From: Chitinophaga pinensis
Lineage (GTDB): Bacteria; Bacteroidota; Bacteroidia; NS11-12g; UBA9320
Length of the DNA stretch: 64,000 nt
Direction: 5' to 3'
NCBI GenBank assembly: GCA_945897885.1
Contig: CAMDGU010000005.1
Span: forward strand, 9,105-73,104
In this document: piece after piece, positions 9,302 through 18,115 of the stretch
How the letters are laid out: each line of letters starts with the position of its first letter
Numbering within the stretch: the stretch's first letter is position 1
Position numbers and translations under genes: made by a program
Notes under the pieces: generated by a model
What the model was told of the DNA's origin: nothing
Database searches by the model: none
The model's input: the letters and a program-made list of their open reading frames with translations, nothing else

Positions 9302-10042
9302 ATGAATACAGCCGCCATAATCCCTGCTCGTTTTGCCTCTACTCGTTTTCCGGGTAAACCATTAGCCCTAATTAACGGCGTAAGTATGATTCAACGGGTT
9401 TATGACCAAGCCTGTTCTAGTGGATTAGATTATGTAGCTGTGGCAACGGATGACAGCCGTATTTACGACCATGTGAAATCATTTGGTGGCGAAGTAATTA
9501 TGACTTCTGAAAATTGCATAAACGGCACTGAACGAATAGCCGAAGCCTTGGCCCATTTGGATTCCAAGCCGGATATCATTATTAACATACAAGGGGATGA
9601 ACCGTTTATTTTACCCCAACAAATTAACTTAGTAATAAAAGCCTTGCAAGATCCGGGAACGGGAATAGCTACTTTAAAAAAACAAATTGATTCAGCTCTA
9701 GAATTAAATGACCCAAATGTTGTTAAAGTAGTTTCAGACAGGGATGATTTTGCACTATACTTTAGTCGAAGCCCTATTCCTTACAAGCGTGATTATAAAG
9801 AAACATGGCCCGATTTTCCGGTTTATTTTAAGCATTTGGGTGTGTATGGTTACAAAACAAATATTCTGATGGATATAGTTAGACTTCCTGAAACACCTTT
9901 ACAAAAAATGGAAAGTTTGGAACAATTATGCTGGCTTGAGAATGGATTTTTGATAAAAGTTTTAGAAACCGATTTTCAGAGCATTGCTATTGATACACCT
10001 GAAGACCTGGATAAAGCAAAACAATGGTTGACAAAAAAATAA
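9302..10042 (+). CDS. kdsB: 3-deoxy-manno-octulosonate cytidylyltransferase (CMP-KDO synthetase)
   Basis: N-terminus AIIPARFASTRFPGKPL; ~246 aa; KdsB-typical layout. Confidence 0.85.
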   Translation: MNTAAIIPARFASTRFPGKPLALINGVSMIQRVYDQACSSGLDYVAVATDDSRIYDHVKSFGGEVIMTSENCINGTERIAEALAHLDSKPDIIINIQGDEPFILPQQINLVIKALQDPGTGIATLKKQIDSALELNDPNVVKVVSDRDDFALYFSRSPIPYKRDYKETWPDFPVYFKHLGVYGYKTNILMDIVRLPETPLQKMESLEQLCWLENGFLIKVLETDFQSIAIDTPEDLDKAKQWLTKK

Positions 10043-10063
10043 CAATTAGTATGAAACAATTTT

Positions 10064-10513
10064 TTGTTAAGGCCGTTAAATTTGCAAAATATAAAATTTA
10101 TGCAATCAAAAAATTCAATGTTAGTTTTATTATTAGCTCTGTTGATTTTTAGCTCTTGCGCTAAAGATATAGTAGTAAACTATGGAAATCCTTCTCCAAA
10201 TTCAGGAAATATAGTTGTTAGGCCAACATCTTCAGTTTATTCTAATTTAACTTTCAATGACTCGCTGCTTGTAAAATATAAGTATGTTAAAAGTATCACT
10301 ATCAAAAATGTTCCTGAAGGAGTAAATACAATTCATTTTTCTGGTGAATCGAATAATCTTAAAAAAGAATTAGATATAAACAAAGAAGTAAAGGTTACAG
10401 CCGGTAAAACAAATACTCAACTTGTAACTGTTCCGCCTAAAAGCAATGGATATTGGGTAAGTGAGGCTTTTACAATTATAGGATTGTATTCTTTGCTGTT
10501 TATAGCTTATTAA
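10064..10513 (+). CDS. hypothetical lipoprotein
   Basis: Signal peptide and lipobox LLIFSSC; hydrophobic C-terminal segment. Confidence 0.4.
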   Translation: MLRPLNLQNIKFMQSKNSMLVLLLALLIFSSCAKDIVVNYGNPSPNSGNIVVRPTSSVYSNLTFNDSLLVKYKYVKSITIKNVPEGVNTIHFSGESNNLKKELDINKEVKVTAGKTNTQLVTVPPKSNGYWVSEAFTIIGLYSLLFIAY

Positions 10514-10514
10514 A

Positions 10515-11243
10515 TTATTTCCAATTCCTAAACCAGCTATTTATTTTTAGTTGAATTACCCCTAAAAAAGCTTCCCGAATAATTCCTTTACTCATTTTGC
10601 TCTCCCCTGCAGTGCGGTCGGTAAAGATGATGGCAACTTCTTTTAAGTTAAAACCATATTTTATAGCAGTAAACTTCATTTCAATTTGAAATGCATACCC
10701 TTTGAAATGAATTTTATCAAGTTCTATTTTTTCTAAAACTTTGCGCTTGTAGCAAACAAAACCTGCTGTGGTATCCATAACATCCATTCCTGTAATAATC
10801 CTTACGTACATGCTCGCAAAGTAGCTTAATAGCACTCTTCCCATCGGCCAGTTTACTACATTTACCAAATTATTCACATAACGTGAACCAACCGATAAAT
10901 CAGCGCCATCATCATCACAGGCTTTTTGCAGTTTTAATAAATCATCAGGATTATGGCTAAAATCGCAATCCATTTCACAGATGTAATCATAACCTTTTTC
11001 TAAGCACCACTTAAAACCGGCGATATAGGCCGTTCCTAAACCTAATTTACCCGAGCGTTCCAGTAAGTGAAGCTTCCCGCTAAATTCGGTTTGCAATTGC
11101 TTTACAATGGCTCCGGTTCCATCGGGTGAACCATCATCAATAACCAACAAATCAAAAGGCATTGCTAATGAAAATACCTTTCTAATCATGAGTTCTATAT
11201 TCTCACGTTCGTTGTAAGTTGGTATGATGACGATGTTTCTCAT
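10515..11243 (-). CDS. GT2 glycosyltransferase, polyprenol-phosphate mannose synthase-like
   Basis: IVIIPTYNERENI ... LLVIDDGSPDGT, the typical GT2 / DPM synthase N-terminus. Confidence 0.8.
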   Translation of the reverse strand: MRNIVIIPTYNERENIELMIRKVFSLAMPFDLLVIDDGSPDGTGAIVKQLQTEFSGKLHLLERSGKLGLGTAYIAGFKWCLEKGYDYICEMDCDFSHNPDDLLKLQKACDDDGADLSVGSRYVNNLVNVVNWPMGRVLLSYFASMYVRIITGMDVMDTTAGFVCYKRKVLEKIELDKIHFKGYAFQIEMKFTAIKYGFNLKEVAIIFTDRTAGESKMSKGIIREAFLGVIQLKINSWFRNWK

Positions 11244-11359
11244 TTAAAATAAAATGTTCAATATTCAACGCTCAATTTTCAATAACCAATGTCTTACGGA
11301 TAGAAAACGCCCAATTGAACATTGAGTATTGAAAATTGATTATTGAGCATTCTTTATTA

Positions 11360-12016
11360 TTATGAATTTGCTTTTTTATGATCTGCTAAAAATTGAGCCA
11401 ACCCAATATCAGTTAACGGGTGTTTTAACAATCCTAGTATGGCAGACAAAGGACAAGTAACCACATCCGCTCCTGCTTCAGCACATTTTACAATATGCAA
11501 TGAGTTGCGAACGCTGGCTGCTAAAATTTGAGTATCATACCCCTGAATACCGTAAATAGAGGAAATTTGGTGGATTAATTCCATTCCATCCCAGCTCATA
11601 TCATCAATACGGCCTATAAATGGAGAAAGAAATGTAGCTCCTGCTTTAGCGGCCAAAATAGCTTGTCCGGCTGAAAATACCAATGTACAATTGGTGCGGA
11701 TTCCTTTGTTTGAAAAGTATTTTATAGCTTTAATACCTTCTTTTATCATCGGTATTTTAACCACAATTTTAGGGTCAATCTTGGCCAACTCCTCTCCTTC
11801 TCTAATCATTCCTTCATAATCGGTTGCAATTACTTCTGCACTTACATTGTCATCTACGATGTTGCAAATTGCTTTGTAATGATTTTTAACATTTTCGGCA
11901 CCGGTAATTCCTTCTTTAGCCATTAATGATGGATTGGTAGTTACACCATCTAAAACTCCTAAATCCTGAGCTTCACGTATTTGGTCAAGATTGGCTGTGT
12001 CTATAAAAAATTTCAT
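11360..12016 (-). CDS. fructose-6-phosphate aldolase / short transaldolase (Fsa/TalC type)
   Basis: MKFFIDTANLDQIREA N-terminus; 218 aa; matches the Fsa/TalC family. Confidence 0.85.
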   Translation of the reverse strand: MKFFIDTANLDQIREAQDLGVLDGVTTNPSLMAKEGITGAENVKNHYKAICNIVDDNVSAEVIATDYEGMIREGEELAKIDPKIVVKIPMIKEGIKAIKYFSNKGIRTNCTLVFSAGQAILAAKAGATFLSPFIGRIDDMSWDGMELIHQISSIYGIQGYDTQILAASVRNSLHIVKCAEAGADVVTCPLSAILGLLKHPLTDIGLAQFLADHKKANS

Positions 12017-12139
12017 GTAATAAGATTTTTGTAAGCTGCGAATTTAGGAAACTAAAAACTATGATTTATGGTTGTGAATTATAAATTATAAGTTTTGATT
12101 GCCTAATTCGTAATTTTTAATTCCCAATTCGTAATTGAA

Positions 12140-13030
12140 CTATTGAAACCTCCCAATCACTCCCAATGGCAAGTCCAATCCCGATTTTGCAGGAAGCACC
12201 AATTCACCAATTTCCAGATTTTTAATATTTTTAAAATTACTTTCTAATAAATTTTTAACTATCAAACTGCTAAACCCAAGGGAATAAGAGTTTAAAACCA
12301 AAAAGCGATGTTCGGGATGAAGAATATTACTAAGCACTTTTAGTAATTTGTCAATCATTTCTTCCAGTTTCCAGCGTTCGCCATTGGCACCAATGCCATA
12401 TGCCGGCGGGTCAAGTATAATTCCGTTGTATAAATTTCCACGTTTGGCTTCCCGCTCCGCAAATTTCATTGCATCTTCCACTACCCAACGTATGTCTTTT
12501 AGTTTGGATAAATTTTGATTGTCATTGGCCCAGTTTATAACCTGTTTTACCGAATCCACATGGGTAACATCGGCTCCGGCGGCTTTGGCGGCAAGACTTG
12601 CTCCTCCGGTATAGGCAAAAAGGTTTAAAATTTTTGGTAGTCTTACATCTGCTTTGAAACCATTAATAGTTTTAAAAATATACTCCCAATTTTCCGCCTG
12701 TTCCGGAAATATACCTACGTGCTTAAAGGCCGTCAAATGAAGTTTAAATTTTAGCTCGGCATCGGGCAAATAATACGAAATATTCCAGGGCTCTTTAAAT
12801 CCGGGTTTGGTTACCCATTCGCCTTTATGGCTGCTGCTTGCTTTAAAAACTAAATCCGCTTTTTTTTGCCAGTCTTGTTCGCCTAGCCCTTTTTTCCAAA
12901 CGGCCTGTGGTTCAGGCCTGCGGAGGGTGTATGACCCAAACTGTTCCAGTTTTTCAAAATCACCACAGTCAATTAAACTGTATTCTTTCCATAGTTTTGG
13001 GGTAAATATTTTTATCATGTTTATCTTCAA
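12140..13030 (-). CDS. class I SAM-dependent methyltransferase (RlmI/YccW-like rRNA m5C methyltransferase fold)
   Basis: FAYTGGASLAAKAAGA (SAM-binding motif I), ILDPPAY (motif IV-like). Confidence 0.6.
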   Translation of the reverse strand: MKINMIKIFTPKLWKEYSLIDCGDFEKLEQFGSYTLRRPEPQAVWKKGLGEQDWQKKADLVFKASSSHKGEWVTKPGFKEPWNISYYLPDAELKFKLHLTAFKHVGIFPEQAENWEYIFKTINGFKADVRLPKILNLFAYTGGASLAAKAAGADVTHVDSVKQVINWANDNQNLSKLKDIRWVVEDAMKFAEREAKRGNLYNGIILDPPAYGIGANGERWKLEEMIDKLLKVLSNILHPEHRFLVLNSYSLGFSSLIVKNLLESNFKNIKNLEIGELVLPAKSGLDLPLGVIGRFQ

Positions 13031-13753
13031 TTACTTCAATATCACCACATCCTCATCCCCAAAACTTCCTTTACCGGTAAACTTTAATAAAACCCTTGCC
13101 AGTGTAACAATGTCCTTTTCGCAATAGGTTTTAATGCGCTCCAGTCCATCGGTTTCGTTGTAGTAAACTCCATAAACCTGACTTCCATCGATATCATCTT
13201 TTGGTGAAGAAATATCAAATGAAGCCGCTAATAAATCCAGAGATGTAAAGCTTTTAAAATCTCCAAACTTCCATAAATCCATGGTATCAATATGGCCCAC
13301 CTCCCAAGGCTTTTTACCCGCTAAATCTAAAATATAAGGTAAAGGCAATTCTTTTATTAAAAACCTGCGGCCGAGGTATGGAAAGTCAAACTCCTTGCCG
13401 TTATGGGCACATAGCGCTTTTCCTGTATCCGAAAACCTACTGTTAAGTAATTCCGAAAATTCTTTTAAAACTAATTTTTCATCATGGCCATAAAACGATT
13501 TTACCCTAAATGACCAACCGTTTCCGTTCCGGCTCAAAAAACCTGCTGAAATACAAATGATTTTACCAAACTCAGCATATATGCCGGCTCGGTTATACAT
13601 TTCTTCCGGTGTTTCCTGGTTGCGGGCAAGGTATCCGGCTTTTTTGTCCCATAAAGCTTTCCAACGGTCGTTCAGTTCATCATACTTACTGTATTGCGGA
13701 ACGGTTTCAATATCTATGAAAAGGATATTATCCAATTTTAATTGATCGAGCAT
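13031..13753 (-). CDS. predicted 3'-5' exonuclease (RNase H-like fold, PolB-exonuclease related)
   Basis: ILFIDIETVP Exo I-like motif; ~240 aa; ends 1 bp before the methyltransferase start. Confidence 0.6.
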   Translation of the reverse strand: MLDQLKLDNILFIDIETVPQYSKYDELNDRWKALWDKKAGYLARNQETPEEMYNRAGIYAEFGKIICISAGFLSRNGNGWSFRVKSFYGHDEKLVLKEFSELLNSRFSDTGKALCAHNGKEFDFPYLGRRFLIKELPLPYILDLAGKKPWEVGHIDTMDLWKFGDFKSFTSLDLLAASFDISSPKDDIDGSQVYGVYYNETDGLERIKTYCEKDIVTLARVLLKFTGKGSFGDEDVVILK

Positions 13754-13853
13754 TGTTGTTAATGAGAATTAGGAATTAAAAATTACGAAATTAAACTTAA
13801 ATCATTAACCTCAAAAGAAATCTAAAATCTTAGATTTTAAGTGAAAAAATCAT

Positions 13854-14642
13854 TTACCAACCTCCACCAGCACCACCGCCGCCTGAAGACCCCCCCCCAA
13901 AGCCACCACTAAATCCTCCTCCGCCACTGCCGCCGCCGCCAAATCCACCTCCAAAACCACCCCACATAGTTGGGCCTAATAAGCCACCACCTCCATAGGT
14001 TCGTGAACCAGGGACTGAATTGCGGCCCATAAAACTGATGATTAGGATAACAATCATTATAATAAGCCAAATTGGAAATTTTCCTTTGGGCCCCTTTTCG
14101 GTATTTTTATATTCTCCAGATGATCTTAATATTATTTCATCAATAGCGTCATTAACTCCTTTTCCATAAAGCTTTTGCTTAAAGGCCGGAGCCATTTTGG
14201 TTCGGATAATTTCACCGGCTGCTCCATCAGGCAAAAAACCTTCGGCTCCCTTTCCTGTTGTAATCCATATTTTTCGTTTGGCAGGATCGTCATTTTCATG
14301 AGCAATCAGGATAAGAATTCCATTATCTTTTGATGCAGTGCCTATTCCCCAGGTGTTATAAATTTTTAATCCAACATCAAAAGGTTCTTCACCATTGAGG
14401 GTTTCTAGGGTTACAATAACTAAATCCGTAGAAGTGCTATCCCAGTATTTTTGAAGCTTTTGATTCAGAAAATTCTCCTCATCTAAGCTGATTAGCTTTG
14501 CATAATCATTTATATAACGCGTATTGCCTTCAGGTTTCTTGGGGACATCAAATGCTGAAACTTGGCCTACAAGTATGAAAAGCAGAAAGGAAGTAAGAAT
14601 TTTAACTATAACTGATTTCATTTGATAGTTCATTTGTATCAT
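13854..14642 (-). CDS. TPM-domain protein with TM helix and Gly-rich C-terminal tail
   Basis: Signal/TM; TPM-like core (DYAKLIS...LVIVTLETLNGE); ~45-aa GGGFGGG low-complexity tail. Confidence 0.65.
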   Translation of the reverse strand: MIQMNYQMKSVIVKILTSFLLFILVGQVSAFDVPKKPEGNTRYINDYAKLISLDEENFLNQKLQKYWDSTSTDLVIVTLETLNGEEPFDVGLKIYNTWGIGTASKDNGILILIAHENDDPAKRKIWITTGKGAEGFLPDGAAGEIIRTKMAPAFKQKLYGKGVNDAIDEIILRSSGEYKNTEKGPKGKFPIWLIIMIVILIISFMGRNSVPGSRTYGGGGLLGPTMWGGFGGGFGGGGSGGGGFSGGFGGGSSGGGGAGGGW

Positions 14643-15033
14643 TATCTGCTTTTGGAAAATGTTCTTTTAATCGCAATCCGGCTTCTTGCAAACCAGCAGC
14701 TATTCCTTCCACCATTTTTTCATTCTTAAATTGTTCAGTCATTTTTGCCAAAGTGGTATCCCAGAAATCGGATTCTACTTTTTCATTAATTCCCTTGTCG
14801 CCATATATAGCTACTTGCTTATCATCAATGGAAATATAAAGGATAACACCGTTGCGCAATTCTGTCTCATCCATTTTAAGGTGGTGAAATAAATTTTGAG
14901 CTTTTAATAAAGGATCGGATTTGCAATAGCGGTCAATATGAACACGTATTTCTCCCGAAGTGCCGTCTTCAGCCCTTGCTACAGCATTTGTGATTTTAAG
15001 TTCTTCCTCTTTGGAAAATGGACGCCAAGCCAT
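14602..15033 (-). CDS. TPM-domain protein (small, cytoplasmic type)
   Basis: Second gene of the conserved LemA-TPM-TPM triad; overlaps its neighbours. Confidence 0.55.
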   Translation of the reverse strand: MAWRPFSKEEELKITNAVARAEDGTSGEIRVHIDRYCKSDPLLKAQNLFHHLKMDETELRNGVILYISIDDKQVAIYGDKGINEKVESDFWDTTLAKMTEQFKNEKMVEGIAAGLQEAGLRLKEHFPKADNDTNELSNEISYS

Positions 15034-15614
15034 TAGAATTCTACACTTGGTGCTTTTTCTGCTCCGGCTTCCGCTTCAAAATATGGCTTAGTTTTAAACC
15101 CTAATAATTTAGCAAAAATTACCGCAGGAAATTTTTGGGCAGCATTATTATATATTTTAACAACTTCGTTAAAATTATCACGGGCCACGGCTATTCTATT
15201 TTCGGTACCTGCCAATTCATCCTGAAGTTTAAGAAAACTTTGGTTGGCTTTTAAATCAGGATAATTCTCAACTACAGCCAATAATCGGCTTAAAGAACTA
15301 TTTACGGCTCCCATTTGAGCGTTTATTTTAGCAATTGTAGCTTCATCTAAATTATCTGCTGTTACATTTATGCTGGTAGCTTTTGATCTGGCTTCAACCA
15401 CAGCTTGCAAGGTGCTTTTTTCAAAGTCGGCATACCCTTTTACAGTTTTTACAAGGTTTGGAATTAGATCTAAACGACGCTGATATTGTGACTGAACATC
15501 AGCCCATTTGTTGTCAACATCATTTCTTTTACCAACCAATCCATTGTAGGTATTGCAACCACCTAAAAATAGAATTCCTAAAACTACTAATACGATAATC
15601 CAAGTACGATTCAT
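15033..15614 (-). CDS. lemA: LemA family protein
   Basis: N-terminal TM helix then the LemA core (...RRLDLIPNLV...); ~190 aa. Confidence 0.85.
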   Translation of the reverse strand: MNRTWIIVLVVLGILFLGGCNTYNGLVGKRNDVDNKWADVQSQYQRRLDLIPNLVKTVKGYADFEKSTLQAVVEARSKATSINVTADNLDEATIAKINAQMGAVNSSLSRLLAVVENYPDLKANQSFLKLQDELAGTENRIAVARDNFNEVVKIYNNAAQKFPAVIFAKLLGFKTKPYFEAEAGAEKAPSVEF

Positions 15615-15807
15615 GTTTTTTGTTTATTTAATTTGTTGTGCAAAGGAATAGCAAACACAATTGATTTTACAAACATTTAGTTAAATGATTTAAAATTTCG
15701 GCTGAATTATAGCCACCATTGCCTGATGGTTCCAAGTTCAAATAGATTCTTCTATTTAACTAAGTGTTTTTGTGCCTTGGTGGCTATATTAAACTTACTT
15801 TAAACTA

Positions 15808-15883
15808 ATTTTGCCGCCATTGTTACGCCGAAGAAAGCAGCATCTATTTTCTAATTAGATTCCTCCTATCGTCGGAATGACAA
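15808..15883. repeat. palindromic intergenic repeat, copy B (degenerate left half, intact right half)
   Basis: agattcctcctatcgtcggaatgacaa is identical to the right half of the 51670 copy. Confidence 0.55.
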
Positions 15884-15899
15884 AACCCTGTAGAAAAGA

Positions 15900-17255
15900 A
15901 TGAAACCCTCATTAGTAAAAGGAACCCGCGATTTTGGGCCGGCAGTTATGCAGCGGCGGAAACATATATTTAATACCATTGAAACCGTTTTTAAAAAGTA
16001 CGGGTTTATGCCTTTGGAAACTCCGGCTATGGAGCAATTGGAAACCCTTACAGGTAAATATGGAGATGAAGGAGATAAACTATTGTTTAAAATTTTAAAC
16101 TCCGGCGATTTTGCGGCCAATGCCAATGATGAAATATGGCAATCGAAAGCTTCCAATAAATTAACCTCACATATTTCTGAAAAAGGATTGCGCTATGATT
16201 TAACGGTTCCGTTGGCTCGTTATGTAGCCATGAACCGCAATGAAATTACCTTTCCTTTTAAACGCTATCAAATGCAACCGGTTTGGCGTGCTGACAGACC
16301 GCAACGAGGCCGTTACCGGGAGTTTTGGCAATGCGACGCCGATATTATTGGTTCGGATAGTTTAATGAATGAGGCAGATTTGTTGTGTATAGCTGCAGAG
16401 GTTTTTGAAAAATTGGGGGTTGGTATTTCAATTCATTTAAATAACAGAAAAATTCTCGAAGCAATAGCTTCTAAATTTGAAATCGAAGCTAAATTCAATC
16501 AATTTGTTATAATTATTGACAAGCTGGACAAAGTTGGTTTTGAAACCCTTATACCTGAATTTGAGGCATTGGGGTTAAGTCAGAGTAATTGCTTTGAATT
16601 GGAAGGATTCCTCACTAAAATGCCTTTTAGCATGAATTCTATCTATTTAATTCAAGATAAATTGAATGGAATTGATAAATCAGAAAAAGGGTGTTTGGAA
16701 TTAAGTGATATTTTTAATTTTATTGAGCATACTGGAGGATCTAACTTTATAAAAATTGATCTTTCCCTAGCCCGTGGTTTAGAGTATTATACTGGAACTA
16801 TCATTGAAATAAAAGCCAACGATATAAAAATGGGCAGCATTTCCGGTGGTGGCCGATACGATAATTTAACCGGTGTGTTTGGTTTGCCGGGCGTTTCAGG
16901 GGTTGGTATTTCATTTGGTATTGATCGGATTTATGACGTGATGGAAGAATTAAATTTGTTTACCAATGTGGCTCAAACGGAAGTAAAAGCAATGCTTTGC
17001 CATTTGGATGAAAATGGAAGAAACTTTAATTATGCTTTGGCAAATGAACTACGAAAGGAAGGTATTTCTATCGAGGTATTTCCAGACATTAAAAAATTGC
17101 CTAAACAATTCGAATATGCTGAAAAGAAAGGAATTCCAATAGTTATAATTACTGGTGATGATGAAATTTCATCCGGAAAATTATCGTATAAAAATTTAAT
17201 AACCAAAGAACAAGGGAAAATTGGAAGGAATGAATTGGGAGGGTTTTTAAAGTAA
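15900..17255 (+). CDS. hisS: histidine--tRNA ligase
   Basis: KGTRDF N-terminal motif; class II aaRS motifs; ~450 aa. Confidence 0.9.
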   Translation: MKPSLVKGTRDFGPAVMQRRKHIFNTIETVFKKYGFMPLETPAMEQLETLTGKYGDEGDKLLFKILNSGDFAANANDEIWQSKASNKLTSHISEKGLRYDLTVPLARYVAMNRNEITFPFKRYQMQPVWRADRPQRGRYREFWQCDADIIGSDSLMNEADLLCIAAEVFEKLGVGISIHLNNRKILEAIASKFEIEAKFNQFVIIIDKLDKVGFETLIPEFEALGLSQSNCFELEGFLTKMPFSMNSIYLIQDKLNGIDKSEKGCLELSDIFNFIEHTGGSNFIKIDLSLARGLEYYTGTIIEIKANDIKMGSISGGGRYDNLTGVFGLPGVSGVGISFGIDRIYDVMEELNLFTNVAQTEVKAMLCHLDENGRNFNYALANELRKEGISIEVFPDIKKLPKQFEYAEKKGIPIVIITGDDEISSGKLSYKNLITKEQGKIGRNELGGFLK

Positions 17256-17368
17256 TTAAGAAATCCCCCAGCATCCTTAATAAGGTGGAATTGGACAAGC
17301 CAATCTAAAAATAAAACTATTCGTAAGAACATATCTCTGTACTCATAATCTCAAAATCTACCTACTAA

Positions 17369-18094
17369 TTGAATCTTAAATTTCCACATATAACCGAACT
17401 AATAGTTGCCGAAGACGAACACATCGTGGCGATTAACAAACCTGCGTTTCTTTCAACCTTAGACGAGCGGGATGAAACCAAGAAATCTTTATTGGGTTTG
17501 GCTCGAAAACAATGGCCTGATATTCAGGTTTGCCACAGACTGGATAAGGAAACCACAGGCATTATTTTGTTTGCCAAAAACAATGATGTTTACCGACAAA
17601 TGGCCATTCAGTTTGAACACCGTAAAGTAACCAAATGGTATCATGCCATAGCCGAGGGGTGTCATAATTTTGACCATTTAGAAATTAATAAACCCTTGAA
17701 AGTAAATAGTAAAGGCTATGCCAAAATCGATTTTAGAGAAGGCAAAGAATCCTTAACAATTGTTAATACCCTTGAAATTTTCAGGCATTTTACGTTGCTG
17801 CAATGCTATCCTTTTACCGGCAGATTGCATCAAATACGAGTGCATTTAAAATCGCAGAATGCCCCGCTAGCAGCCGATGTTCAGTATGGTGGAACTATGC
17901 CGATGCTTTCAAAAATTAAACGCAAATTTTCATTAAGTAAAGATACAGAAGAACAACCTATGATGAACCGAGTGGCTTTGCATGCAAGAAGTCTTCACTT
18001 TGAATTGTATGATAAAAAATATGAGCTGGAAGCTGAGTATCCAAAGGATTTTGGAACGTTTTTAAAATTGCTTCAAAAATATGATGCAGTTTAA
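17369..18094 (+). CDS. RluA-family pseudouridine synthase
   Basis: HRLDKETTGIILFAKN catalytic Asp motif; TTG start in the track, so the true start is uncertain. Confidence 0.8.
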   Translation: MNLKFPHITELIVAEDEHIVAINKPAFLSTLDERDETKKSLLGLARKQWPDIQVCHRLDKETTGIILFAKNNDVYRQMAIQFEHRKVTKWYHAIAEGCHNFDHLEINKPLKVNSKGYAKIDFREGKESLTIVNTLEIFRHFTLLQCYPFTGRLHQIRVHLKSQNAPLAADVQYGGTMPMLSKIKRKFSLSKDTEEQPMMNRVALHARSLHFELYDKKYELEAEYPKDFGTFLKLLQKYDAV

Positions 18095-18115
18095 ATGGTG
18101 AATTATTAATGATTA

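Noticed and set aside
13860-13990. GC-rich GGNGGN periodic DNA, as a possible CRISPR or microsatellite
   Set aside because: It is the codon-level repetition encoding the Gly-rich tail of the TPM protein. There are no spacers or regular direct-repeat architecture.
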